64,000 nucleotides of DNA from Hormiphora californensis (Eukaryota > Animalia > Ctenophora): contig CM035352.1 of assembly GCA_020137815.1 (NCBI GenBank), positions 930,001 through 994,000 of the forward strand, read 5' to 3'. Within the stretch, counting starts at the first letter, position 1; the number at the start of each line of letters is the position of its first letter. A program made the position numbers and the translations under genes. Below are positions 13,701 to 24,170 of this stretch, piece by piece. Under the pieces are notes generated by a model that had not been told where the DNA came from, made no database searches, and worked only from the letters and a program-made list of their open reading frames with translations.

Positions 13701-16700
13701 TGGAGGACATGGAATGGGACTGGTGAATGCCTCTAAGTACGGGTTCAGTTCACGAACACAACACCCTTACTATGTCCCTGCTCCGTAGTCCTACCTGCAC
13801 CCGATGGAACAGCTGATATAGGTGTGTAGTTTATTCAGAATATTCAGACTTTGTTTGTTTGTTTGTTGTTACAAATTCAATAAACCCAGTGATCACGGTT
13901 GGAAATTCAGGTTGGAGCCAATTTCAGCCATGGTATTTTCTATTCAATGATACTTTTTTTCAATGTTCGACAAATTTACACAAACAAATGAATCAGTAAA
14001 GCAAAATTATTTGAATTATTTACAATTACACAATTGCTAGAATTTCAGTCCAATGTACATCGCACTCGTCCACCTGCTTGAATGACCTTCTCTATTGCTA
14101 TATCTAGCTCTATCTCCTGCTCCTCACTTAACTTGCCCCTCCATCCACCCACTTTTCCCTGCCTTATAAAGGGGGTCTGTATCTCAGAATTTGAATCTTT
14201 CTTAGCCCAACTGTAGCTTACCGCATCATTCCTTTGCATCGTTTCAAACTTTCCCTCGTGTAGGACCTTTTTCCTTTAACTCGTCAGTCAGTTCAACACC
14301 GAGGAACTCAGCAATTCTCTCAATTTCTCGTCCTGTATCCTCCACCAAATCCTCAAAAGTTGTAAACAACACATTGGGCTATGGATTGCGCGAGCCATTG
14401 GCACACATGATCCTCCCACAGTCCGTAATGGCAGACTATGGGGCTGTCTGAATATCTGGGAGAAGAAGGTCCTCAAAATCACCCTCCTCTACCGTCTTGC
14501 AGTGGAAGAACCAGTTGAAGTTTGCCATGTGGTGAAAAGTAGGAGAAAAACACATCTTTCGGGTTCCGATAGCAGTAGATAATCTTAGTTTTCTGCCATT
14601 GCTCTGGTAGCCATTCAAAGTAGTCGTGTGTCTTGAACACTCTCGGGACTCATCATCTCCTCAGCATGTACTGGCCTCTTTTAGGGATTGCAACCAGGGA
14701 ACCTGGATATCGATCTGTTCAAGGGGTCCATTAGGACATTCTAGCAGCTGGTACACCATGTTTTGTAGCCATGTTGTACCACTTTTTTGGTAGGTTGCAA
14801 TTAGGACATCCCCAGGTCTTGTGGGCAGTGATTCCACCAGTTCGTAGCCGGATGGTGGAGTTAGGGGTGCAATGGTTCTTCCTTCTTTAGCAAAATGGTT
14901 GAAGTGGCTGTGAAGGGGTGTCATGACCAAGCCAGGGGGTGGTGGGGGCAGATCTGGCATACTGTTCTGTCGTGGCAGTTAACGGTAGTATGAAAGATTA
15001 GGTCGTGCGCGCCAAATGGCGCCATATGGCGCCAAATGGCGCCATCATATTCGCCAAATGGCGCCACGTGGCGAACAAATGGCGCCATTTGGCGCCAAAA
15101 TGTGGCGAGTGCGCACTATCGCCAAATGGCGCCATTTCTGGCGCCATTTGGCGCCAAATCTGGCGCCGCGTGGCGCCACGTGGCGCCAGTGGCGATCGCC
15201 ATTCGCCAAATGTTGGCGACTCTTGGCGGTATCGCCACGTGGCGATGCTATGAAGTCTGAAAAAAACATGCGCAACATATTTATCGCCAAATGGCGCCAT
15301 TTGGCGATAAGAATAGCAAATTTTCAATGCTTTCCAAAATATGACGCTCGCCACTCGGCGCCGCGTGGCGCCATTTGGCGAAAAAATCGCCAATTGGCGC
15401 CGAACGGCGCCAAATGTCGCCAGTTGGCGCTAAACGTCGCCATTTGGCGCCAAATGTCGCCATATGGCACCAAACCTCGCCATTTGGCGCCAAATGTCGC
15501 CATATGGCGCCAAATTTTTGTAAAACGTTTGTCGCCAAACGTCGCCATATGGCGCCACTTGGCGCCGAACATCGCCATTTGGCGCCAAATGTCGCCATAT
15601 GGTGCCAAGTGGCGACATATGGCGCAAACTGTTTGTCAAATGTTAGTCGCCATCTGGCGCCAAACGTCGCCATTTGGCACCAAACGTCGCCAGTTGGCGC
15701 CAAATGTCGCCATATGGCGCCAAATTTTTGTCAAATATTTGTCGCCATCTGGCGCCACTTGGCGCCGAACGTCGCCATTTGGCGCCAAATGTCGCCATAT
15801 GGCGACATATGGCGCAAACTGTTTGTCAAATGTTAGTCGCCAAATGTCGCCATATGGCGCCAAATTTTTGTCAAATGTTTGTCGCCATCTGGCGCCATAT
15901 GGCGCCACTTGGCGCCGAACATCGCCATTTGGCGCCAAATGTCGCCATATGGCGCCAAGTGGCGACATATGGCGCAAACTGTTTGTCAAATGTTAGTCGC
16001 CATTTGTCGCCATTTGGCGCCAAATGTCGCCATATGGCGCCAAATTTTTGTCAAATGTTTGTCGCCATCTGGCGCCATATGGCGCCACTTAGCGCCGAAC
16101 ATCGCCATTTGGCGCCAAATGTCGCCATATGGCGCCAATTGGCGACATATGGCGCAAACTGTTTGTCAAATATTAGTCGCCATTTGTCGCCAAACGTCGC
16201 CATCTGGCGCCAAACGTCGCCATCTGGCGCCAAACGTCGCCATTTGGCGCCAAATGTCGCCATATGGCGCCAAATTTTTGTCAAATGTTTGTCGCCATAT
16301 GGCGCCACTTGGCGCCGAACGTCGCCATTTGGCGCCAAATGGCGACGTTCGGCGCCAAGTGGCGACAAATGGCGACGTTTGGCGCCAAATATTTGACAAA
16401 AATTTGGCGCCATTTGGCGATATTTGGCTCCAAATGGCGACGTTTGGCGCCATATGGCGACATTTGGCGCCAAATGGCGACTAACATTTGGCAAACATTT
16501 TGCGCCATATGGCGCCATTTGGCGCTATATGGCGACATTTGGCGCCAAATGGCGACGTTCGGCGCCAAGTGGCGCCATATGGCGACGTTTGGCGCCAAAT
16601 GGCGACAAACATTTAACAAAAATTTGGCGCCAAATGGCGACGTTCGGCGCCAATTGGCGACAAATGGCGCCATATGGCGACGTTCGGCGCCAAATGGCGA

Positions 16701-18453
16701 CATTTGGCGCCAAATGGCGAACTAAATTTGACCGCCATTTGGCGCCATATGGCGACATTTGGCGACATTTGGCGACGTTCGGCGCCAAATGGCGACATTT
16801 GGCGCCAAATGGCGAACTAACTTTGACCGCCATTTGGCGCCAAATGGCGAAATTTGGCGCCAAATGGCGCCATCTGGCGAGTCAATCGCCAGTTGGCGCC
16901 ACGTGGCGCAGAACGGCGAGTGTACTCCTTTGAAAACCAATGAAAATATTATTGATACATCGACAAATGGCGACAAATGGCGATGTTTGGCGATGAGTAT
17001 CGCCAAGTGGCGCCAAATGGCGCCATATGGCGATAAATTCGCCGAATGGCGCCATTTGGCGCCACTTTGTGACGATTGGCACCAAACGGCGCCATTTGGC
17101 GACAAACGGCGCCAGATGTCGCCAAACGGCGCCATTTGGCGACTTGATCTCCTGATCACTTAATGGCGCCAAATGGCGCCATTTGGCGATAACAATTTTG
17201 CGCATGTTTTTTTTCAGACTTTGTACCATCGCCACGTGGCGATACCGCCAAGAGTCGCCAATATTTGGCGAATGGCGATCGCCACTGGCGCCACGTGGCG
17301 CCACGTGGCGCCAGATTTGGCGCCAAACGGCGCCATTTGGCGCCAGAAATGCGCACTCGCCACATTTTGGCGCCACGTGGCGCCATTTATTCGCCACGTG
17401 GCGCCATTTGGCGAATTTGATGGCGCCATTTGGCGCCATATGGCGCCATTTGGCGCGCACGACCTAATCTTTCATACTACCCAGTTAACTGATGAATACA
17501 AAGTATTGCAACGTATATGATCAATCAATATATATATATATATATGGTTAATTGGAAATGGACAAAAGAGGCAGCCTAACAGAAGGTGCCTAACAGAAGG
17601 TGCCTAACAGCTCACTATGTAAATAAACATGACATGTTTATATCATGTACATGGTAGCTGCTAACCAATAACCATGCTAACATTATGAAAATTAATTGGA
17701 CAGTAGCCAATAAAGCTCGACTGATACACATCCCCTATTGCAGGTGAACACACGATCCGATACGGGCTACTACCGGACAGGTCTGGTAACCTGTGGGAGT
17801 CTGGTATTGTGAAGGCTGCCTGGTGTTTCAATAACCCCCTGACCGTTCTACATGGCACTGGAACAGGGCCATTACCTGGACCGTTATTTAACGGACTGGA
17901 CTCTGACGGCGCTGTTATACAGTCCATCAAACCGGTAATATACAATATTATTTAGCCATTCTTCTTCCGGCTTTACATATCTAATGGCAATTTATAATTT
18001 GTTTTATTGATCGATTATATCTCTACTTTTAGTCTGAAGATGGACGAGGAGTGATTGTTAGGGTATATGAACCATATGGAACCAAGTGGGAACACATTAA
18101 ACTGTCATTCAACCATCCCATATGCAGAGTTTTCGAGTAAGTAACAAGCTAGATAATTGTCGGTATTTTACTGTGTGTGTCTCTCTAACCCTGGTTCTAA
18201 TCTATCCGATTCATTTTACCAATCCATGTCTATCATTCCATTCCACTTTAGAACTAATGCCGTGGAGAACGAGGCAATCAGGAAGTCTCTACCAATCACA
18301 AGGGAGGGAAATGAGAGAACTGTTGGTTTTGGACTGAACGCCTTTGAGATAAAGACACTGTATCTTGAAAAGGAACCAGTATCTGGTCAGACAAGACGAC
18401 CATCCAGCACCGTGTCCACCCCCTCACCCAAGAAGAAGTTCAGAAGAGCGTAA
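4766..18453 (+). CDS. MAN2C1: Alpha-mannosidase 2C1 (GH38), multi-exon. Approximate exons: 4766-4863, 9823-9951, 10066-10271, 10353-12110, 12244-12366, 12528-12671, 13669-13821, 17744-17934, 18033-18136, 18252-18453
   Basis: N-terminus [28 protein letters not shown]; [85 protein letters not shown]; GT-AG boundaries. A few single-base frameshifts (~10075, ~10880, 13750-13800), probably sequencing errors. Confidence 0.93.
5312..8275 (-). CDS. LINE ORF2: apurinic endonuclease + reverse transcriptase (987 aa)
   Basis: APE motifs SLNVHS, LVQET, GDFN, GGTLDL, SDH; RT motifs [44 protein letters not shown]; L2-type end [10 protein letters not shown]. Confidence 0.95.
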   Translation of the reverse strand: MGGPERKTTWKIGSLNVHSIMNKTSGVITHLEEKGCDICLVQETYLKQSDTAKLQEIRDYGWNIFSSPRAERSGGGIGILYRDGVKIKYTPVKTKFKSFQVQEALIGIGQDLTRLCNIYRPPYTGKARYTEAQFLDEFNDYLSELVCKTGYPVLMGDFNFQVHDTQNFYAKKLLALLDSLGFDQLVPMQPTHVRGGTLDLLLCQKDRVSKVQSVTIFPEGTTSDHFMVLADLLIETTRSEYKTREQIDTYRDFRAVDLELFRRAFGDVDWSAVMESKSAEDALAAYSRIIEDLVERTVPLKRKKKKGAKIKPWRDNPEVREVLRLRRKAERAWESNRTSITKKQFNDLKRQFGRVDKEARMKYVKDDLEESRDDPKALQRKLSRLLGNNETFLPETSDKRKLADDFGDFFVGKVERIRTTVLEEQNQRTTRNVLHQTPVCCFEKFEEVSPEKLIRIIKDMPDKTCDLDLIPTWLVKGCIDELATALCKFVNLSLQCSRVPDILQQALVFPTIKNPHGDKDSLSNYRPVSNLPFISKLLEKVVLEQLNSYLNENELLNKHQSGYRVGHSCETLLMGMFDDLLRDLDEGKVTGLFLLDMSAAFDTVDHGKLLETLEGQFGVKGSVLDWFASYLQCRNYRVNVEGELSRIITLICGVPQGSLLGPVLFLLYVEELQDLVRPFGLRIKLYADDSQLYISLVPTDEDGWNAAKERIEECLSSVKLWMSDHWLKCNEAKTEFLLLGKSSALDKMVFQPTVSFGGVEISPMEFTGSAGKTLGVFLDSNISMERQINSVKKQCGMLLKNLWQVNRCLDKPTKMLLVKQLIVSRLDYCNVLYSGLPKKLLDSLQRVLNSCVRFVYGLYGHQDSYMPYLSEMHVLPIEQRVKFKVCLMAYKIVHGLAPVYLQEQVPVDDGLHVIRTTRGNAQPDGLKLRYPKLSSVNATSKLRRRRPSVYLPEIWNKLSIDLRAIDSVDSFKSKLKTSLFIEAFGES
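8230..9516 (-). CDS. LINE ORF1 (gag-like nucleic-acid-binding protein with three Cys/His knuckles), overlapping the ORF2 start by 46 nt
   Basis: [33 protein letters not shown]...HPASSSMC; lies directly upstream of ORF2. Confidence 0.9.
   Translation of the reverse strand: MSGVATHDVIMCKTDMEGKLLATSYSDSCKGASIAQSIKDDTAEPPRGTTKPILWTVIKQLYALLPDTRRISTHSSESVSSFTAGDLQETLEKLKEDLLGSLPDLVAPKVSKILAADRGTIPDSVTPPDSNTGAVAPVTPIKRYLTIKDKGEDGPMCEKKWTEVVRTKVETALKNIPVLDLSVNKRRTNLMFETDDQMEQAKEVLSPFLDVSSAVEKEKKKDPRIMVNDLDQDLLEKDSLLSEIVSDKNESVKRLVEEGHVVKVVHINKTGRYAVIQVTPEVRKVIADRKDKLFLKLRQHFVRNRFYVTQCFHCQRFGHVAGSIYCPNKDKSAVCAFCTGDHDTRSCQAKKDNVVSRMKCVNCDHGGSKEDKRHAKSHPASSSMCPFYINAKARLMESTSGVTKEEKNLYQTRAWEDLRGKRLGRLAH
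12702..13640. mobile_element. Non-autonomous palindromic DNA transposon (~455-bp arms, ~30-bp spacer), TAG...CTA termini, possible 3-bp TSD CAA (Academ-like)
   Basis: TAGTAGAGGCAATAATTACACTCACC...GGTGAGTGTAATTATTGCCTCTACTA; mirror ORFs on both strands are almost identical; caa at 12699-12701 and 13641-13643. Superfamily is inferred from termini only. Confidence 0.85.
14045..14960 (-). CDS. Cytosolic sulfotransferase (SULT-like), apparently intronless, nested antisense in a MAN2C1 intron; contains frameshifts (errors or pseudogene)
   Basis: 5'-PSB loop [15 protein letters not shown], 3'-PB motif [12 protein letters not shown] (~14545-14580), C-terminal [10 protein letters not shown]. Confidence 0.85.
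14984..17481. mobile_element. 2.5-kb foldback-type non-autonomous transposon: ~325-bp TIRs starting GGTAGTATG, 8-bp TSD CAGTTAAC, interior is a 10-bp CGCCA-NNN-GK array in inverted halves
   Basis: cagttaac at 14976-14983 and 17482-17489; GGTAGTATGAAAGATTAGGTCGTGCGCGCC and its reverse complement at the ends; array polarity flips near 16330. GG termini with an 8-bp TSD fit Merlin (inference). Confidence 0.88.
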
Positions 18454-18784
18454 TTTTGACATATATCATTTAAACTTCAGACTGATTGTAGTGAACTGAT
18501 TTAGGGATTGTGTTTAACAAAATGAATGTGTTTTTGAAATATGGCGTTTTTGTAGAAAATTTTATTAAGTTTTATCGCATGTTTGTAAAGTAATGAGTCG
18601 TTTCTTGTTGCCTAGCTAGACTGTGTTTTGCGTGCCCCGCCTCCGAAACAAAGGTAAAGGGAAGGTTAGAACATAACAAGTTTCTTGTGGATTGCAGAAA
18701 ATAAAATAAAATGGCAAAAATATATTGGTAACAGCACACGAGAATCGATACATAAGGACACAATTAATAAAAACACCCTCAGTT

Positions 18785-21700
18785 CTATTTCCCTCCGGAT
18801 ATTCCAATTAGAGAGTTCAGTATAATGGCGGAGGAGGACCCTGTGGTTAATCCGAGTAGCATACACATGGTCATCAGGTTCCCTGGAGAGATTTGGATTA
18901 GTGTTTGTACTTTGTTTGTTTGTTTGTTTGTTTGTTTGCTTGTTTGCTTGTTTGTTTGTTTGATTGTTTGTTTGGTTGCTTGTTTGTTTGTTTGTTTGTT
19001 TGTTAATTGTTTGTTTGTTTGTTTGTGTTTGTCTGTTTGTTTCTTTGTTTGTTTGTTTCTTTGTCTCTTTGTTTGTTTGTTTGTTTGTTTGTCTGTTTGT
19101 TTGTCTCTTTGCTTGTATGTTTGTTTGTTTGTTTGTTTGTTTACCTGCCATCTCCCGTTCCCCTGGCTCCACCCGCTCGCTCGCAGAGCACATTGGTATA
19201 GAGCCCATGTAGCCGGTTGTAAACCCGATGACTGCAATGACCCCCATAGGAATGGCCTCCCCTGCTATCAGTGGATTCCCCATAGGTAGACATGACAAGA
19301 TGAGGACAGGGAATAGGAGCCACCGGGCAGCTCCACAGAGTAGAAGTGTCCTGTCTGATACCACCCAGGATAAACCAGTTACCAACTAGGCATATTGAGA
19401 TGGTGTTATACATTGTGGGGTGTGGGGAACAGGAAGTAGTTAGCGAGTCATTAGTCAAATGTGACAGAATTTGCCAAAGAATTAGAAAATAGAAACTCAA
19501 ACATTTGACATAACTTTACTAACCGTGCCTACAAAGTCGAAAACGTTGAAGATGGTTACCATGGCAACCGGAAACCAGTTGTTGTCCCAGGTAGAGGGGA
19601 TTACACTGGCAAGGCCCGGGTAAACCAGGTTGGTCACTAGATACACATTGAATATCCCTAACATCAACTTCCATATCTTCCTGCTAACTGATAAGCCGGA
19701 GTCTTGTACCCTCTGAATGAGGGATTGAGAGGGCTGTTAGGGTGGGGGACATTATTCATAGTTTTGAAAGGGTGGGTTAATATTCAGATATAGTAATTAG
19801 TAGGACAAGTCACAAGGTAAGCTTGTCTTAATCAGAACGTCTCGGCTAAAGAAAGAATAGTATAAACAGTACAACTGTGACTAAGTTCTACTGTATAATG
19901 AAGCAAGGCCGCTAGAACAATAGAGTTCCTTCCTACACACACACACCTTTAACAGAGCTCCACAGGGAGGTAGTCCGTTTCTCAATAAGTGGTGTTACAG
20001 ATGTGGTGGTAGGCGATCTGAGGTCAGTAAATACACTATCTTCGTAATAACCCACAACGTCAGAGTGTCTGATGTGCCGATGTAGAAAGATACACAGCTG
20101 AAATATTACATGAGAAATATTACATGGGTAGTTTAGAGAGAGTTTCCTGGTTTGGGGTATGGTGAGAAAGGGAAAGAGATTCCCTTCCTATTGTAATGGG
20201 ATATATTATGATAACTTACTATTTCCCCCATAACAGACAAGGCAAAGAATATGTTGGTGTCCACCTGGGTACCCTGACTAGTCAGCTTTGTTATGATCCT
20301 ATTGAGGGAGACAATGATTCCAGAGAACGCCTCACCTAACATAACAGCTCGTGTGTACCGGGCCGGGAGGGTGCCTGCGTAACCATAGTAACTTGCCTCT
20401 TGCACTGAGAGAGAAGGGGAGGGTATTAGAGAGAAGGGAGGAGGGGGCACTCACTTCCTAGTCATTCAGTAAAATGTGAACGATGTGCTATTATACGGAT
20501 ACCTAGTTTACTGTTTACAGTATAATGTAGCCCTACTGGCTACTAGACTAGGGCCCCTATTAATCAATTAACTAGTTATCCAAGTAGTTAACTAACTAGG
20601 TAGTTAACTAGGTGTAACAGATAACCTAACCTCCACATCCAAGTCCTGTTAGAATTGTTGCTGCTATGGTAACCATGAATCCGATATCAGCTGTTATCAA
20701 GTCAGTGACCTGTGTCAATAACACAACTGCTACCATTGCACCAAGGGAGATGGAAAATGCAAGATACCCAAACAGTATCCTCCTGTAGCAGGAAGGTGGC
20801 AGTAAAAGTTAAGATGTGTTACTCGCACCCCCATGTTACTCTCACCCCCCCCCCTGTTACTCCCACCTTTCCCTGTTACTCCCCCAAACGTCACCCCCTC
20901 CGGCCTCCCATCGCTGTTACCCCCCTCCCATCCCTGTTACCCCCTCCCTGTTAACCCCCCCCATGTTACCCCCCCACGGCGTGCCTGGTGAAACTTTAAC
21001 ACGACCTAGCATGCTACGGGAAACCACCACTTGTACGTGGTAGCTGAGGGTCTACAGAATGGCGCTACGGTGCGGGAAAAAACATTCCATTGCCTAAAAT
21101 CTTTTTTTCTACTTTTATTTGATTTGGGTCAAAATTGGCTATATTAAACGTGGTCCCGAAAAATCCATAATGACTTAGCACACGAAATATGTCACCCCCA
21201 CCTATTTTTGCACGTAGAATCGATTGCCGTTGAAGTCGAATCTCTAAAATGACTGTAAAATGGTCAAAAGTTGATTTTTTACCATTTTTTGGAGGTTTTT
21301 GGCTCCTAAACCATTGAAAACGTTGAGATAGGAATTTGAAACTAGTGCCAATCGTTAAAATGGTCATTTTTCTACCAAGAACCAAGTTTTCGTGTATATC
21401 CGATTTATGGTTAGATTTGGGCAAATTGTTGAAATCTGCCAACTAGGAGAACCGTAACTTGATTTTCTTGTTTTTTGGATTTTGGCATTTTTGACAAACT
21501 TCTGATTGAAATGGTCAATCGGGACCATGCTTAAGTTGTTTATGGGACAATTTTCGACTAAAATCCAAGATTTCATACCAATCCAATAACAGATCGTTGA
21601 TTTATAGAAAATTTAAGTAGGCAAAACGGTCAAAATAAGCAAGAAAAGTTGTCATTTTGACCGTTTTGCCTACTTAAATTTTCTATAAATCAACGATCTG

Positions 21701-22704
21701 TTATTGGATTGGTATGAAATCTTGGATTTTAGTCGAAATTTATCCCATAAACAACTTAAGCATGGTCCCGACTGGCCATTTCAATCAGAAGTTTATCAAA
21801 AATACCAAAACATAAAAAAGGAAAAAATCAAGGTACGGTTCTCCTAGTTGGCAGATTTCAACAATTTGCCCAATTCTAACCATAAATCGGATATACACGA
21901 AAACTTGGTTCTTGGTAGAAAAATGACCATTTTAACGATTGGCACTAGTTTCAAATTCCTATCTCAACGTTTTCAATGGTTTAGGGGCCAAAAACCTCCA
22001 AAAATGGTAAAAAATCAACTTTTGACCATTTTACAGTCATTTTAGAGATTCGACTTCAACGGCAATCGATTCTACGTGCAAAAATAGGTGGGGGTGACAT
22101 ATTTCGTGTGCTAAGTCATTATGGATTTTTCGGGACCACGTTTAATATAGCCAATTTTGACCCAAATCAAATAAAAGTAAAAAAAAAGATTTTAGGGAAT
22201 GGAATGTTTTTTCCCGCACCGTAGCGCCATTCTGTAGACCCTCAGCTACCACGTACAAGTGGTGGTTTCCCGTAGCATGCTAGGTCGTGTTAAAGTTTCA
22301 CCAGGCACGCCGTGCCCCCCCCCCCCCCCCCATATGTCACCCCCTCTTACTGATGTGTCCCGATCTTGTTCACCAGTAGCACATTGAGAAGTACTGCTGC
22401 ACACACGGTGTGAGAGTTCGTTGCTGAAACAACAAACCCCATGTCGCTGCGGTCAAACTGTGTTTTAAAGTAATCAACTGCAGCAACGAAACTATTGAAT
22501 GGCAGATGGAAACCTGCGGAGAAGTGAATTGATCAAACACTAAACAGTATCTTGGGTGCTCTAGATGAGTTGATAATGTCATTAGTATGGCCGGTATAAC
22601 TTACCAGCACCGAGCACCATAAAGGCAATGAAGTATCTGTTATGCCTGTCCCTTGGAGGGCGATCTATCTTATCCAGGCCAGATGTAGCAGATGATACTT
22701 CCAT
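18785..22704 (-). CDS. Equilibrative nucleoside transporter (SLC29, ENT4-like), multi-exon
   Basis: PRDRHNRYFIAFMVLGAG|GFHLPFNSFVAAVDY; QEASYYGYAGTLPARYTRAVMLGEAFSGIIVSLNRIITK; GFTTGYMGS...EREMAG|NLMTMCMLLGLTTGS. Confidence 0.88.
18911..19142. repeat. (TTTG)n microsatellite in the last ENT intron
   Basis: Seen directly in the sequence. Confidence 0.95.
20815..20974. repeat. C-rich minisatellite (poly-C + TGTTAC)
   Basis: Repeated ccc...tgttac units flanking the hairpin element. Confidence 0.7.
20975..22314. mobile_element. Non-autonomous palindromic DNA transposon (~660-bp arms, ~20-bp spacer), CACGGCGTG termini (Chapaev/CMC-like), in an ENT intron
   Basis: CACGGCGTGCCTGGTGAAACTTTAACACGACC...GGTCGTGTTAAAGTTTCACCAGGCACGCCGTG; centre ~21636-21654; inserted in a poly-C run, so TSD length cannot be resolved. 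Confidence 0.88.
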
Positions 22705-23860
22705 GGACACTGTAGGAGGGAGTGAGTTTTATTAGACACTAGTCCTAATGAAAACTAGGACAACTACTGGCAACACTGAAAATAGGACAATAAAACTATC
22801 TTTGCAGCAGCAGCAGGGGCTGTGTTTGGATGGCTGATTATTATACAGCCATATGACTAACTCATTTAATCTCTCACCTGCTGTCCTTGAAGTAAATGTC
22901 ATTCCTGCGACCATGGGATTACAGAAAAACGACTCATTGTACTCCATGATCAATCAAATTCCAACTGGAGAGTTAGCAACGTTGAAACAAATCTGGGTTT
23001 CAATTGAAGTCAAACAGACACCTGAAACGCACTGTAATCGCAGAAGTGAGGCCGATAGAATATAATACATGAGAGAAAGAGAGAGGGAGAGAGAGAGGGG
23101 GGGGGTTAATATTGGATCGCAATAATACACGCTTCATGTGTCACTATTATGGACCGAGCACAGATGCGTGTAAGACAGCCCCGGTATAGGACTTGTTGTA
23201 GGGGGTGGGGGAGGGGCAAACTTTTTGGGGATTTTGGTCTAACTTCTTAACTTGTCTTGGTAGGTTTCAACCCACCATTATTTTATCGAAACTTCATTTG
23301 ACACCAAGAAAGATGGTTACACTTATTTTTCCAGAACGCCCCTGAAACCCGTAACAGTCCAAAAACCTAAAAATCCCAAATTTAGGATTTGAGAACTAAT
23401 TGTCTGAGCATTCGCCCGGCAGAACACTAACATTATTTTGACATCTATTTAGACACCGAAGAACATTCTGACCGAGTTTCATCAAAATTGGGGTAAAATT
23501 GAAGAGTCAAGAGGATCTGAAGGCCTTTATAGTGCTAACTAAAGTAACAACTAGTTGGTTATCCAACATGTATTGATATATCTTAGTTGTATAACGGGGA
23601 GGTGCAGATGCATACATGATTAGGTATAATTAAATTGCATTGTAACCTCTTTAAGGTAAGAGTGACAGATTAGGGCGTGACAATCAAGCGAGTTAACGAC
23701 GCGATAAGTCATAAGGTAGCAGGAAGACATCAGATTGTGTCGAGAAATTATAAAATATAACTGATAAGAGAATGTCTGGGATGATGAATAGAGACTCACA
23801 GTAAGACGCGTGTGAGAGTTCTTGACTAGCTTATCTTTGTAACATTTCTTCATACACAAA

Positions 23861-23943
23861 TATAGTCGGACCCCCATTTACCGTGACGGGAAAGGGGTTT
23901 GCCCGGTTAATCGGGGTGCACGGTGTATCGGGGTCTGACTATA
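23861..23943. mobile_element. Tiny MITE (Tc1/mariner-pogo-like, TA-flanked)
   Basis: tatagtcggacccc...ggggtctgactata inverted termini; a related terminus tacagtcggaccc occurs at 26638. Confidence 0.6.
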
Positions 23944-24170
23944 TTGTTCAAAACAGTCGTTTAGTCCGACAGAAAGAATGGAGCTGCAATATTACCAACT
24001 ATTCAATTCAAATTTTAACACAATCGGGCATGCTAAATCAAAACCGGGGACCAACTTACAAAAAATAGCTGGGCTCAAACATAGAAATGATGTGTGTGTG
24101 TGTGTGCTCAATGTTGCGTAACTGCTGCCTGTCAACTGTCATCATGACAAATTACAGGATAGTCATTGCA

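Noticed and set aside
10066-13821. Frameshifts in MAN2C1 suggesting a pseudogene or programmed frameshifting
   Set aside because: Single-base indels, some at homopolymers, while all catalytic motifs and splice sites are intact; similar errors occur in other genes of the window.
14998-17520. Dozens of overlapping ORFs (MAPFGAKWRH... repeats) and a possible CRISPR-like array
   Set aside because: Translation artefacts of a stop-poor palindromic 10-bp repeat on both strands; no unique spacers, no cas genes, eukaryotic context.
18666-19289. KQTN / LFVC repeat proteins
   Set aside because: Translation of the intronic (TTTG)n microsatellite.
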